From Escherichia coli (GTDB lineage Bacteria; Pseudomonadota; Gammaproteobacteria; Enterobacterales; Enterobacteriaceae): 64,000 bases of DNA. Shown here piece by piece: positions 1 to 9,564 of this stretch; the first letter of the stretch is position 1; every line of letters begins with the position of its first letter. Location: assembly GCF_030384885.1 (NCBI RefSeq), contig NZ_CP128613.1, one strand, 5' to 3'. The position numbers and the translations under genes are program-made. Under the pieces are notes generated by a model, which did no database searches, was not told where the DNA came from, and was given only the letters and a program-made list of their open reading frames with translations.

Positions 1-67
1 TTTTTTAAACATATTTAACATAGCCAAACGGCAGACGGCATCATCTTCTCTCACTGCGGGAATCAAA

Positions 68-472
68 TCAGTAGGTGGCTGATTTACTCCGAATCACCTC
101 AATTATCCCCGTCGTCGACACCGACGGCGTGCGCGGGAAATAGACCACCTCACAAATATACGCAAAGCTATCAAACTTCCCTGCCCAGTCATCGCCCATC
201 ACCAAAGCATCCGCACTGTACCCCCGCAGATATTCCGCTTTCTGCGCCAGCGACTCCTCCAGAAATACGCCATCCACGCACGCCAGCCCGGCGATAATCG
301 CCATGCGGTCATCCTGAGGGTAAACCGGTGCCCTGCCCTTTTTGGCGATATTTAAAGCATCAGAGGATACGCCGACCAGCAGCCGTTCGCCCAGCGTGCG
401 GGCGCGTTGTAAAAGGCGCAGATGACCGACATGAAACACATCGAAGGTGCCGAAGGTGATGACCGTTTTCAT
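68..472 (-). CDS. cytidylyltransferase-like protein (nucleotidyltransferase HxGH motif, glycerol-3-phosphate cytidylyltransferase-like), accessory gene in lateral flagellar cluster
   Basis: ORF 68..505 trimmed to the internal Met of MKTVITFGTFDVFHVGHLRLL; the TFGTFD..HxGH signature is typical of cytidylyltransferases. Confidence 0.55.
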   Translation of the reverse strand: MKTVITFGTFDVFHVGHLRLLQRARTLGERLLVGVSSDALNIAKKGRAPVYPQDDRMAIIAGLACVDGVFLEESLAQKAEYLRGYSADALVMGDDWAGKFDSFAYICEVVYFPRTPSVSTTGIIEVIRSKSATY

Positions 473-474
473 GG

Positions 475-909
475 CTACTCCGCTAATTTTTGCCGCAGCC
501 AGCACTGAACGGCGATGTCATCCACCGCTTTTTGCGCTTTCGCCGTGGCACTTTCTTGCTGCTCGCGGCGTTTGTCATCCAGCGTCAGGGTCACCACTTT
601 TTCTTCGCATGCCGCCGCCGTCAGGTTTTTCTGCATTCGCGTAGCCTTGATGTTTGCCAGCGTTTTTTCCTGCTCCTGCCAGGCGATCACTTTGCGCAAG
701 GTGCCTTTGTAGCCGCTGACGTTTTTCAGCGATTCCACCGACGCCGCCGCGCCCGCAGATGTTTTCTCCACCAGGTAGCCTAACGCTTTGATATTGTTGT
801 CATAGCCCGCGCAAATCTGTTTTTGCTTTGCCAGCTCGACGGTTTTGTCTTTGACCGATTTATCCCGCAGGCGCTGCAATTGCGCGAGGGTGTCGATGAT
901 TTGTCGCAT
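475..909 (-). CDS. lfiJ: flagellar export chaperone FliJ-like (lateral system)
   Basis: 144 aa coiled-coil-type protein directly downstream of and overlapping the FliI-like ATPase gene; position in fliE-F-G-H-I-J order. Confidence 0.6.
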   Translation of the reverse strand: MRQIIDTLAQLQRLRDKSVKDKTVELAKQKQICAGYDNNIKALGYLVEKTSAGAAASVESLKNVSGYKGTLRKVIAWQEQEKTLANIKATRMQKNLTAAACEEKVVTLTLDDKRREQQESATAKAQKAVDDIAVQCWLRQKLAE

Positions 910-911
910 AG

Positions 912-2249
912 TTACTGTTCTGCCTTTTTGGCACCAGGAAAGAGGATTTGCAGGCGGCTTTGTACCAGTTCGAGGGAGGCGGGTTCGCGCATCTCCTGGC
1001 GTAAAAATCGCTCGATGGCCGGGAACATTTTCACCGCTTTGTCGACGCTGGCATCCGCGCCTGCCACGTAGCCACCGAGTGGGATCAGCGGTTTGATCTC
1101 CATATAGGCGGCGTAGTTTTGCTTTAACGCGCGAGCGGATTGCTGATGTTCCGGGCGGGTGACCTGGTTCATGCAGCGGCTGATCGACTGGCCGATATCG
1201 ATGGCCGGATAGTGCCCCGCTTCCGCCAGTTTGCGGGTTAATACGATATGCCCGTCCAGCACCGCGCGGGCGCAGTCGACGATGGGATCTTGCTGATCGT
1301 CGCCTTCCGCCAGCACGGTGTAGATGGCAGTCATCGATCCCGCGCTTTCGCTGTTGCCTGCGCTTTCGACCAGTTTGGGGATCATGCCGAATGCCGACGG
1401 CGGATAGCCTTTGGTGGCGGGTGGTTCGCCAAGCGAGAGCGCAATTTCACGTTGCGCCATCGCATAGCGGGTCAGGGAATCCACCAGCAGTAAAACATGA
1501 TGCCCGCGGTCGCGAAACCAGGCGGCGATGGAGTGGCACAGTTCGGTGGCTTTCAGGCGCATCAGCGGCGATTCATCGGCGGGCGCGACGACGACGATAG
1601 ACTTCGCCAGCCCGTCCGCGCCCAAGGAATGGTCGATAAACTCTTTCACTTCACGCCCGCGTTCGCCAATCAGCCCAACCACCACGATGTCGGCTTTAGT
1701 CTGGCGGGTGATCATCCCCAGCAGCACGCTTTTCCCGACGCCGCTGCCCGCCATTAGCCCGACGCGCTGGCCTTTGCCGATGGTCAGCAGGCCGTTGATC
1801 GCTTTCACGCCCACATCTAAGGGTTCGTCCACCGAACGGCGGGTTAAGGGATTGACCGAGGGCGGTAGCGGCGGCAGAAGGTCGTTGCCGTTCAGGCGGC
1901 CTTTACCATCCAGCGGTTCGCCGAGGCCATTCACCACGCGGCCTAACCAGCTTTCGCCAATCAGGATGTCGTGGGCTTTTTCTTCCGGGAAGACACGCGC
2001 CCCCGCCATCAGGCCAACTGGCTGTTTGAATGGCATTAAATAGGTGATGTCGCGATTAAAGCCCACGGCCTGCGCGTCAATCAGCGTATGATTGGCGCTT
2101 TCTATGCGGCACAGTTGTCCGGTCATTAATGGGCAGCCGACGCTCTCCAGCAGAATGCCGTTCAGGCGCACCAGCCGTCCGGCGACGCGAGCCAGCGGGA
2201 TCGACTCCAGCGAGCGCAGGGCGTTATCGAAAGCAGAAAAATCACTCAC
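912..2249 (-). CDS. lfiI: flagellum-specific ATP synthase FliI-like (lateral system)
   Basis: 445 aa with Walker A GSGVGKS and F1/T3SS-ATPase-like sequence; follows FliH homologue. Confidence 0.9.
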   Translation of the reverse strand: MSDFSAFDNALRSLESIPLARVAGRLVRLNGILLESVGCPLMTGQLCRIESANHTLIDAQAVGFNRDITYLMPFKQPVGLMAGARVFPEEKAHDILIGESWLGRVVNGLGEPLDGKGRLNGNDLLPPLPPSVNPLTRRSVDEPLDVGVKAINGLLTIGKGQRVGLMAGSGVGKSVLLGMITRQTKADIVVVGLIGERGREVKEFIDHSLGADGLAKSIVVVAPADESPLMRLKATELCHSIAAWFRDRGHHVLLLVDSLTRYAMAQREIALSLGEPPATKGYPPSAFGMIPKLVESAGNSESAGSMTAIYTVLAEGDDQQDPIVDCARAVLDGHIVLTRKLAEAGHYPAIDIGQSISRCMNQVTRPEHQQSARALKQNYAAYMEIKPLIPLGGYVAGADASVDKAVKMFPAIERFLRQEMREPASLELVQSRLQILFPGAKKAEQ

Positions 2250-2952
2250 CCTGCGACTCCGGCGTTAGCGTCTCTTGCAGTGCGGTCATGCATTGTTCAA
2301 GGCGATGCTCGCAGCCGATATCCAGTTCTGATTTATCGGTAATCACCCGGCATTCCCCCGGCGGCAAATCCGGCGAAGGCGTCAGCCCCCATTCGTTGAC
2401 CTTTACCGGCACCGCATCGCGCAGGCGGTTAAACTCTTCCGTGCTCAGCATCACTTGCAGGGTTTCCGGCATCGCCGGGAAGGCCGCCAGCGCCTCTTCC
2501 ACCAGCGCCAGTAACTGCGTCGGTTGCAGCGCCAGTTCGCAGCGAATCACCTGGCGGGTGACTTTCTCCACCAGTTGCAGCAAATCTTCCCGCTGTTTAC
2601 GTTCGATATGGGCGAGGAAGTCGTTCACTTTACCGCTGATGGCCTCCAGCGGCTGCGCCGCTTCAATAAACTGCTTGCGCCCTTCCTGCTGCCCGGCGAG
2701 GCTGCCTTCGGTGTAGCCCTGACGTTGCCCCTCGGCAAAACCTTGCTGATGACCTTCGCTAAAGCCCTGCTCCTGCCCCTCGGTCATGCCCTGAGCAAAC
2801 CCTTTTTGCAGCCCTTCCTGAAAACCGTCCATCAACTGGCGCTGGTAATCGGCGGCGCTAATGCTGGCAGTGAGCGGTTCTCCGGTCACCGCACGCTGGC
2901 GCGGCGGGAAACGGTGCAGGCGATAGCGCCCGCGCAGTGTTTCAATGGTCAT
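2242..2952 (-). CDS. lfiH: flagellar assembly protein FliH-like
   Basis: 236 aa, Gln/Glu-rich repeat region, overlaps fliI start by 8 nt; operon position. Confidence 0.65.
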   Translation of the reverse strand: MTIETLRGRYRLHRFPPRQRAVTGEPLTASISAADYQRQLMDGFQEGLQKGFAQGMTEGQEQGFSEGHQQGFAEGQRQGYTEGSLAGQQEGRKQFIEAAQPLEAISGKVNDFLAHIERKQREDLLQLVEKVTRQVIRCELALQPTQLLALVEEALAAFPAMPETLQVMLSTEEFNRLRDAVPVKVNEWGLTPSPDLPPGECRVITDKSELDIGCEHRLEQCMTALQETLTPESQGE

Positions 2953-2955
2953 GGG

Positions 2956-3966
2956 TTACTCCGCCGTCTGTTCCGCAAAGAGCTGTTGCTGAATTTCGCC
3001 CGCCTCTTCCAGTTCACGGGCGATACCCATGATTTCGCGGCGGATTTGTTCGATACGGCTAACCGGCACCGGACCCAGGCGCGCGGTGATCGCTTCCAGT
3101 TGCTGCACCTGACGTTTTGGCATCACCGCATAAATGGAGCGACGTAACAGGGCTTCGGTGCCTTTCAGCGCCACCGCCCAGTCTTCCATTGGCACTTCGT
3201 CGAGCAGGCGACGGCGTACCTCTTCGTTCTGGCGGCTGAGAATAAAGAAGTCGTACATCTCATCCTGCAACTGCTCCAGCACGTCTTCGTCGCGCTCGCG
3301 CATCTGGTCGAGGATCACCTGCTGGTTTCCCTGGAAGCGGTTGACAATATCCGCCGCCTGTTTGATGCCCTTCACCTTCGAGCCGTGCTCTGAAAGCACC
3401 GACAGGCCGCGTTCGATCAGACGATCCAGTTCATCCACCACGTCGCGGTTGACGTCGTTGAGTTTCGCTACCCGGTAGAGAATTTCGTTTTGCACCGATT
3501 CGTTGAGATAAGAGAGCACCGCCGCCGAGATTTCCGGCGTCAGAAACGCGAGGAATACCGCCTGCAATTGCAGATGTTCTTCGGAGATCAGCATCGCCAG
3601 CTGGCGCGGTTCCACCCATTGCAGGCGCGCCATCCGCGAGCGAATCTCATCGCCGTAGATGCCATTGATCACGCTGCTGGCGATCTCGGTGCCCAGCGCC
3701 TTGTTAAGAATGCCCTGCAACATGGATCGCGATGCGCCGTTGATCCCGCTCTGTTCGCGGAACTCATCAAAGAAGTTATTGATCACTTTGCGTGCCATGC
3801 TGGTTTTGACGCCGGAAAGCCGCGCCATGTTTTCGCTCAGGCGCACCACTTCTTCGCGGCTGAGTTTTTGCATCACCGTTGCCGCCGCTTCTTCGCCCAG
3901 ACACAGCAGCAGAATCGCCGCCTGTTCGAGATAGCTGTTGCTCTTATTTATTGTCAATTCGCTCAT
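2956..3966 (-). CDS. lfiG: flagellar motor switch protein FliG-like
   Basis: ORF 2956..3999; N-terminus MSELTINK..AAILLLCLGEE resembles FliG; start trimmed to second Met, uncertain. Confidence 0.8.
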   Translation of the reverse strand: MSELTINKSNSYLEQAAILLLCLGEEAAATVMQKLSREEVVRLSENMARLSGVKTSMARKVINNFFDEFREQSGINGASRSMLQGILNKALGTEIASSVINGIYGDEIRSRMARLQWVEPRQLAMLISEEHLQLQAVFLAFLTPEISAAVLSYLNESVQNEILYRVAKLNDVNRDVVDELDRLIERGLSVLSEHGSKVKGIKQAADIVNRFQGNQQVILDQMRERDEDVLEQLQDEMYDFFILSRQNEEVRRRLLDEVPMEDWAVALKGTEALLRRSIYAVMPKRQVQQLEAITARLGPVPVSRIEQIRREIMGIARELEEAGEIQQQLFAEQTAE

Positions 3967-5590
3967 TGCTGGTAATCCATTGTCTGAGAACTTCGGCAAC
4001 GCGATCGGTGTCGCTCATGGCCAGTTTTTGCAGGAACTCGAGTTTCACTTCGAGGCCAGAACTCTGGGACGGCAGGCTGTCATCGCCAGGCAGCGACGGC
4101 AGGTCGACATTTTTACGCTCCTCTTCCGGCACGGCGATCCACGGTTCGCTGATGGCTTCCGGTTCTGGTGTGATAACCGGCGCACGTACCGCCGTCAGCC
4201 GTTTCATCAGCGGGCGCACCACAAAGAACAGCAGCAACAGCGCCAGCAGGCCGCAGCCAATCAGCCGCCCCCACGCCAGTACACTGTCATCTTTCCACAG
4301 TGGAATAACCGGTTCGACAGGCACCGCCTGCGGCACAAAGTTGAGCAGTGATAAGGTGAGATTGTCACCACGCTGGGCGTCGATTCCGGCGGCATTATTC
4401 AGCAACGCGGTCAGTTGCGTGGTTTGCTCCGGCTTCCAGTTTTTCAGCGCCGGGGCGTTTTGATTGAGCACCACCGCCACGTTGAGGCGTTTCACCGCAA
4501 AGCCGGGATGCTGAATATGCTGGACGCTGCGGTCGTAAGAGTAGTCGCGCTTACTTTCGCTGTGTTTGGAAAGCGCTTCCGGCGAGCGGTTTTCTTCCGC
4601 ACCGTTGGTCATCTGATTCGCTGCAATCGGCGGACGGTTACTGAGCGAACCGGGCACGCCCATCGCCACCTGATTAGTGTCGCTGTCCAGCACGCTCTCT
4701 TCGCGGTTGATTTTCGGCGCGTCACCGTAGTGTTCCTGAGTTTCGTCGATGGTGCTGAGGTCGAGATCCGGCATCACACTGACGCGGTAATTCCCCATGC
4801 CAACCAGCGAATCCAGCACGTTCGCCACGCTGGCACGGGTTTTGTCCTGAATATCTTTGAGGATCTGATCGCGTTTACGGGTCGCGGCAGAAACCGCCTC
4901 GCCCGCGCCAATGCCGTCGGTCAGCAGATTTCCCGCCTGATCGACGACGCTGACTTTGCTGGCCTGTAGCCCCGGAATACTGCCGGACACCAGATGCACA
5001 ATGGCGTTCACCTGGTCCATATTCAGCTTCGCGCCGTAATGCAAGCGCACCACCACCGAGGCACTGTTTTGCGGCTCATCGCTGACCACAAACGAGCTTT
5101 CTTCGTTGAGCGCCAGATGCACCCGCGCGCTTTCCACCGCGTCCAGCGACATGATGCTCTGCGCCAGCTCCCCTTCGAGGCTGCGTTTATAGCGCACGTT
5201 CTGCACGAACTGACTGCTGCCGAGCATTTCGTCTTTGTCCATCAGCTCGTAGCCGCTGGGCAATATCGCCTGCACGCCTTTCGCGGCAAGGGTCATGCGC
5301 GTTTTCGACAGTTCGTCTTCCGGCACCAGTATCTGCCCGCTTTGCGGGTCGATGCGGTAGGTGAGCTTTTCGCCGTCCAGCACGGTGACAATCTGCGACA
5401 CGGGCAGATTTTCCTGGCGTCCGTAGAGCGAGACGTAGCCGCGATTCCCCGTCCATAGCACGCTGACGATAATCGCCGTCGCCGCAACGGCAAGCCCCAC
5501 ACCCGCCATCAACGCCCAGCGTTTGTTATCTGCGAGCCGCAGTCGAAACGCCGGAAAGGCCTGGGTTAACTTCTTTATTTGTGCATTCAT
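3944..5590 (-). CDS. lfiF: flagellar MS-ring protein FliF-like
   Basis: 548 aa, N-terminal TM segment and FliF/YscJ-like domain; operon position. Confidence 0.85.
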   Translation of the reverse strand: MNAQIKKLTQAFPAFRLRLADNKRWALMAGVGLAVAATAIIVSVLWTGNRGYVSLYGRQENLPVSQIVTVLDGEKLTYRIDPQSGQILVPEDELSKTRMTLAAKGVQAILPSGYELMDKDEMLGSSQFVQNVRYKRSLEGELAQSIMSLDAVESARVHLALNEESSFVVSDEPQNSASVVVRLHYGAKLNMDQVNAIVHLVSGSIPGLQASKVSVVDQAGNLLTDGIGAGEAVSAATRKRDQILKDIQDKTRASVANVLDSLVGMGNYRVSVMPDLDLSTIDETQEHYGDAPKINREESVLDSDTNQVAMGVPGSLSNRPPIAANQMTNGAEENRSPEALSKHSESKRDYSYDRSVQHIQHPGFAVKRLNVAVVLNQNAPALKNWKPEQTTQLTALLNNAAGIDAQRGDNLTLSLLNFVPQAVPVEPVIPLWKDDSVLAWGRLIGCGLLALLLLFFVVRPLMKRLTAVRAPVITPEPEAISEPWIAVPEEERKNVDLPSLPGDDSLPSQSSGLEVKLEFLQKLAMSDTDRVAEVLRQWITSNERIDNK

Positions 5591-5594
5591 AGGG

Positions 5595-5936
5595 TTAGAT
5601 CGACATACTCATCAGATCGTTAAATCCGGTGGCGATTTTGTTGCGCACCTGCACCAGCGCGGAGAAAGAGAGCGACGCCTGCTGGCTGGCGATCATCGCC
5701 CCGGCGAGGTCATCACTTTTGCCCGTGTCGACAGCCGTTTGCTGCTGCTCCGCCACCTGCTGGAACTGGTCAACGTGACCGAGCGCGCCGAACATAATAC
5801 GGTTAAACGACACGTCCGGGTCGGTGGAACTGAAGGTCATGGCGGGTAGCACTGGCGCCTGGGCGTTGGCCTGCATCCGCTGCACGTCCTGCATAATTTG
5901 CGCCTGCATGGTGCTGTTGATTGTGGTAATGCTCAT
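5595..5936 (-). CDS. lfiE: flagellar hook-basal body protein FliE-like
   Basis: ORF 5595..6158 trimmed to MSITTINSTMQ (113 aa); the untrimmed ORF would overlap the upstream regulator gene. Confidence 0.7.
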   Translation of the reverse strand: MSITTINSTMQAQIMQDVQRMQANAQAPVLPAMTFSSTDPDVSFNRIMFGALGHVDQFQQVAEQQQTAVDTGKSDDLAGAMIASQQASLSFSALVQVRNKIATGFNDLMSMSI

Positions 5937-5950
5937 TTTTAACTTCCGGG

Positions 5951-6937
5951 TCAGGAGAAAACTTCGATACCGTGCTTGCGCATGGAGGCCAGTCGATAGC
6001 GCAGGGCACGTGGGGTAATGCCTAACAGGTCGGCGATTTTGCTGCGGTTGCCCTGATATTTGCGCATCAGGTCGGCGATATATTGATACTGCGCGCTTCG
6101 TCCGTGCTGGCCTAAATCGCCGGTTTCGGCAATGTGGACGGCGGGCTGAACAGGCCATTGCAGTTCACTGTGGTCAGCAATATCGGTGTCCGGCAGGCCT
6201 AATGCATCCGGGTAAATTACGCCGTCGCGATTTAAAATCATTCCCCGCTGAATGGCGTTTTCCAGTTGGCGCACGTTACCGGGCCAGCGGTAATTAAGCA
6301 GCGCACGGCGGGTGGATTCGGACAGGGTGATATTTTTCACCAGCACCGTGGAGTATTTTTTAATAAATGACTCTGCCAGCGGAATAATATCGTTCAGGCG
6401 TTCACGCAGTGGCGGCATGGTAATAGGGATAACCGCCAGACGATAATAGAGATCTTCACGAAAACGTCCGGCGGCAACTTCCTGCTCCAGGTTTTTATTG
6501 GTGCAGGCAATCAGGCGAAAATTGAGTTTGATTTGTCGGTTACTGCCTAATCGCTCAACCTGTTGTTCCTGCAATACGCGTAATATTTTGGCCTGTAGCG
6601 CCAGCGGCATTTCACCAATTTCATCGAGTAATAAGGTGCCGTTATTTGCCAGTTCCATTTTTCCTGGCACGCTGGCAATTGCGCCGGTAAATGCACCTTT
6701 GTCGTAGCCAAATAACGTCGATTCCAGCATATTTTCCGGGATCGCCGCGCAGTTCACGCCGATATAGGGCGCATTATCATTTTCACCAAAGGCTACGGTG
6801 TGAATATACTTCGCCACGCACTCTTTCCCCGCGCCGGTTTCGCCCTGAATCAGGACCGGCACGTTAAAGGCGGCGACACGCTTTGCCAGAGTAAAAGCGT
6901 TAATGCTGGAGGCGGCAGATGCAATAAGTTCAGACAT
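5951..6937 (-). CDS. lafK: sigma54-dependent transcriptional activator (AAA+ and C-terminal HTH, no receiver domain), lateral flagellar regulator
   Basis: 328 aa; Walker A GETGAGKE near the N-terminus, GAFTGA motif (YDKGAFTGAI), C-terminal HTH; no room upstream for a receiver domain. Confidence 0.85.
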   Translation of the reverse strand: MSELIASAASSINAFTLAKRVAAFNVPVLIQGETGAGKECVAKYIHTVAFGENDNAPYIGVNCAAIPENMLESTLFGYDKGAFTGAIASVPGKMELANNGTLLLDEIGEMPLALQAKILRVLQEQQVERLGSNRQIKLNFRLIACTNKNLEQEVAAGRFREDLYYRLAVIPITMPPLRERLNDIIPLAESFIKKYSTVLVKNITLSESTRRALLNYRWPGNVRQLENAIQRGMILNRDGVIYPDALGLPDTDIADHSELQWPVQPAVHIAETGDLGQHGRSAQYQYIADLMRKYQGNRSKIADLLGITPRALRYRLASMRKHGIEVFS

Positions 6938-7061
6938 AGGGTGAACAATATAAGTAGCGACAATAATCAGGATGTTCTGAAGCGTATCACCGGCGGGATT
7001 AACAAGTTTGAATTAAACGATAATAAAAATATTATTTGTTTACAAACAACGAGTTATCCAT

Positions 7062-7144
7062 GTAGGCCGGATAAGGCGTTTACGCCGCATCCGACAATCT
7101 TGCACCGGTGCCTGATGCGATGCTGCGCGTCTTATCAGGCCTAC
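7062..7144. repeat. BIME: two inverted REP elements (GCCGGATAAGGCGTTTACGCCGCATCC and GCCTGATGCGATGCTGCGCGTCTTATCAGGC types)
   Basis: Canonical E. coli REP sequences read directly in the lafK/lfiM divergent intergenic region. Confidence 0.7.
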
Positions 7145-7323
7145 TGTTCGTGCAATGTTTTATGACGATGCCTGATATCTCACCCTTTAATAATTTAATT
7201 ATTTTTTCACCCTATTAATAATTTGCCCCTTTCACGCCCCGTCTATTTAATACCTCACCTTGTGTCACTGCCGGAATTGCATGCACAAAAACGCCCATAC
7301 CATTACAGCAGAGAAAGTAAGCC

Positions 7324-8175
7324 ATGCTGAAGTACAGTAAAACGCCAGGCATCTTTAAATTAGAAGGTAATCGGCTCGGACGCCCCTACCATCGCCTGCC
7401 GACCCTGTTTACGGGGAATTTTGACGTGATTGATTCGCATCTTGGCAGCTACTTTCTCAAAAAGCATCGCAGCAATATCACTTTAAAAAAGATTGGTTGC
7501 GAAATGGATATTATTAATAAAAACGCCGAGTTGATGGTTTCCCAGGTCGGGCATCTGGCGTTTGATATTGATCGTTCCTTATTGTTAATGCTGCTGGGTA
7601 ATTTTTATGGTCTGGAATCGTCTCTTGAAGAGGCGAAAGCGCATAACGGCCTACCGACCAAAACCGAAACACGATTAAAGAACCGACTCGCGCTGGATAT
7701 CTGCACGCTGATATTTAATCTGCAAACCTCCGGTATTGCACTGAAATTAAAACTGGACAGCAGCACAGTGATTACCCACTGGGCGTATCAATTAACCTTT
7801 ACCCTCGCGGGCGATGAAGAGAGCCGTTTTCGTATTTTGCTCGACGATGCCCACACCGATTTTATTTTAAATCTGATCCGCCACAGTGAGCACAGTAAAC
7901 CGCAGCAGGTGGCGAAATCCGTCAACAAGCCGGCACTGATTAAAGAGATCATCCGCTCCCTGCCGTTGACCCTGAACGTCAAAATCGCCGAGCTGTCGAT
8001 GAATGTTGCCGATCTGGCGCAGGTAAAAGCCGGAGATATTTTACCCATCTCGCTGGGAGAAACGTTCCCGGTGGCGATTGGGCAATCTGAATTATTTAGC
8101 GCCCTGATAGTGGAAGACAAAGACAAACTGTTTTTGTCGGAGCTGGCGGGCAAAAATGAGAATAGCCATGAGTAA
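7324..8175 (+). CDS. lfiM: flagellar motor switch protein FliM-like
   Basis: 283 aa, C-terminal SpoA-like region; precedes fliN homologue with overlap. Confidence 0.65.
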   Translation: MLKYSKTPGIFKLEGNRLGRPYHRLPTLFTGNFDVIDSHLGSYFLKKHRSNITLKKIGCEMDIINKNAELMVSQVGHLAFDIDRSLLLMLLGNFYGLESSLEEAKAHNGLPTKTETRLKNRLALDICTLIFNLQTSGIALKLKLDSSTVITHWAYQLTFTLAGDEESRFRILLDDAHTDFILNLIRHSEHSKPQQVAKSVNKPALIKEIIRSLPLTLNVKIAELSMNVADLAQVKAGDILPISLGETFPVAIGQSELFSALIVEDKDKLFLSELAGKNENSHE

Positions 8176-8539
8176 GCAAGAAGATATTTTAGCCGGGGAT
8201 TTTGGCCTCACCGATGACGTTGCGCCTGTCACGAAATCCGCCGACGCCGAAACGCTGGTCACCCGCCTGGAGGACCGTTTTTCCGACTCGATGACGCTGC
8301 TGAAACGCATTCCGGTGACCTTAACGCTGGAAGTCTCCTCGGTGGAAATCATGTTAGCCGACCTGCTGAACATCGACGATGACACGGTGATTGAACTGGA
8401 TAAACTCGCCGGGGAGCCGCTGGATATCAAAGTGAACAATATCCTGCTGGGCAAAGCGGAAGTGGTAGTGGTCAACGAGAAGTACGGCCTGCGCGTGCTG
8501 GAGTTTAACACCCGCGATATCAACGACCTGGCGCCATGA
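8156..8539 (+). CDS. lfiN: flagellar motor switch protein FliN-like
   Basis: 127 aa, SpoA/FliN C-terminal domain. Confidence 0.8.
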   Translation: MRIAMSKQEDILAGDFGLTDDVAPVTKSADAETLVTRLEDRFSDSMTLLKRIPVTLTLEVSSVEIMLADLLNIDDDTVIELDKLAGEPLDIKVNNILLGKAEVVVVNEKYGLRVLEFNTRDINDLAP

Positions 8540-9288
8540 AACGCCGCACTCAACTGACGCTGGGCCTGGCGCTGCTGGCGCTCGCGCCGCTGGCATTAGC
8601 CCAGGGCGGCGATATTGCGCTGCTTAATGTGGTCACTCACGGCAACACTCAGGAGTACAGCGTCAAAATTCAGGTACTGATTCTGATGACCCTCGTCGGT
8701 TTGTTGCCGACGATGGTGCTGATGATGACCTGCTTTACGCGCTTTATTATCGTGCTTTCACTACTGCGCCAGGCGCTGGGGCTGCAACAAACGCCGCCAA
8801 ACCGCATTCTGATTGGCATTGCGCTCTCCCTCACCCTGCTGGTGATGCGCCCTGTCTGGCTGAATATTTACGACCACGCGGTGGTGCCGTTCGAAAACGA
8901 TCAGATTACCCTGACCGATGCGTTAAGCACCGCCGCGACGCCGCTGAAACGCTTTATGCTGGCGCAGACCGACAAAAAAGCGATGGCGCAAATCATGACC
9001 ATCGGCGGCGCAAAGGGCAATGCCGCCGACCAGGATCTCTCCATCGTGGTGCCCGCCTATGTGCTGAGCGAACTGAAAACCGCTTTCCAGATTGGCTTTA
9101 TGATTTACATCCCGTTTCTGGTTATCGACCTGATTGTCGCCAGCGTATTGATGGCGATGGGGATGATGATGCTGTCGCCGCTGATCGTTTCGCTGCCCTT
9201 TAAGCTGATGCTGTTTGTGCTGATCGACGGCTGGTCGTTGACCATCGGCACGCTCACCACCAGCATTCGCGGACTGGGGCTGGGCTGA
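8536..9288 (+). CDS. lfiP: flagellar export apparatus protein FliP-like
   Basis: 250 aa, signal peptide plus FliP-type membrane segments; 4-nt overlap with fliN. Confidence 0.9.
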   Translation: MKRRTQLTLGLALLALAPLALAQGGDIALLNVVTHGNTQEYSVKIQVLILMTLVGLLPTMVLMMTCFTRFIIVLSLLRQALGLQQTPPNRILIGIALSLTLLVMRPVWLNIYDHAVVPFENDQITLTDALSTAATPLKRFMLAQTDKKAMAQIMTIGGAKGNAADQDLSIVVPAYVLSELKTAFQIGFMIYIPFLVIDLIVASVLMAMGMMMLSPLIVSLPFKLMLFVLIDGWSLTIGTLTTSIRGLGLG

Positions 9289-9290
9289 TT

Positions 9291-9563
9291 ATGCTGACCG
9301 TTGACGTAGCCGCCGACATTGTCGCCAGCGGCATAAAAGTGGTGATTTTACTGGTTTCGGTACTGGTGGTGCCAAGCCTGCTCGTTGGCCTGCTGGTGAG
9401 CGTGTTCCAGGCGGTGACGCAGATTAACGAACAGACCCTGAGCTTTTTGCCGAGGCTGATTGTCACGCTGGTGGTGCTGGGGATATGCGGCAAATGGATG
9501 ATTACCCAGTTGCATGACCTGTGCATTCACCTGTTTAGCCAGGCCGCGTTGCTGGTGCATTAA
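9291..9563 (+). CDS. lfiQ: flagellar export apparatus protein FliQ-like
   Basis: 90 aa two-TM protein, FliQ-like. Confidence 0.85.
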   Translation: MLTVDVAADIVASGIKVVILLVSVLVVPSLLVGLLVSVFQAVTQINEQTLSFLPRLIVTLVVLGICGKWMITQLHDLCIHLFSQAALLVH

Positions 9564-9564
9564 G

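Noticed and set aside
1528-4969. Long antisense ORFs inside the lateral flagellar genes (e.g. 1528..2043, 2129..2716, 2524..3147, 3879..4463, 4415..4969)
   Set aside because: They are on the opposite strand of clearly recognisable fliI/fliH/fliG/fliF homologues, have Arg/Ala/Pro-rich composition typical of GC-rich antisense frames, and lack ribosome-binding sites.
6800-7165. 121-aa ORF on the plus strand
   Set aside because: It spans the lafK start and the BIME repeats; REP elements commonly create spurious ORFs.
7270-7300. Possible sigma54 promoter near CACTGCCGGAATTGCAT upstream of the fliM homologue
   Set aside because: The GG and GC dinucleotides are not separated by the 10 nt required for a -24/-12 promoter; no acceptable match found.
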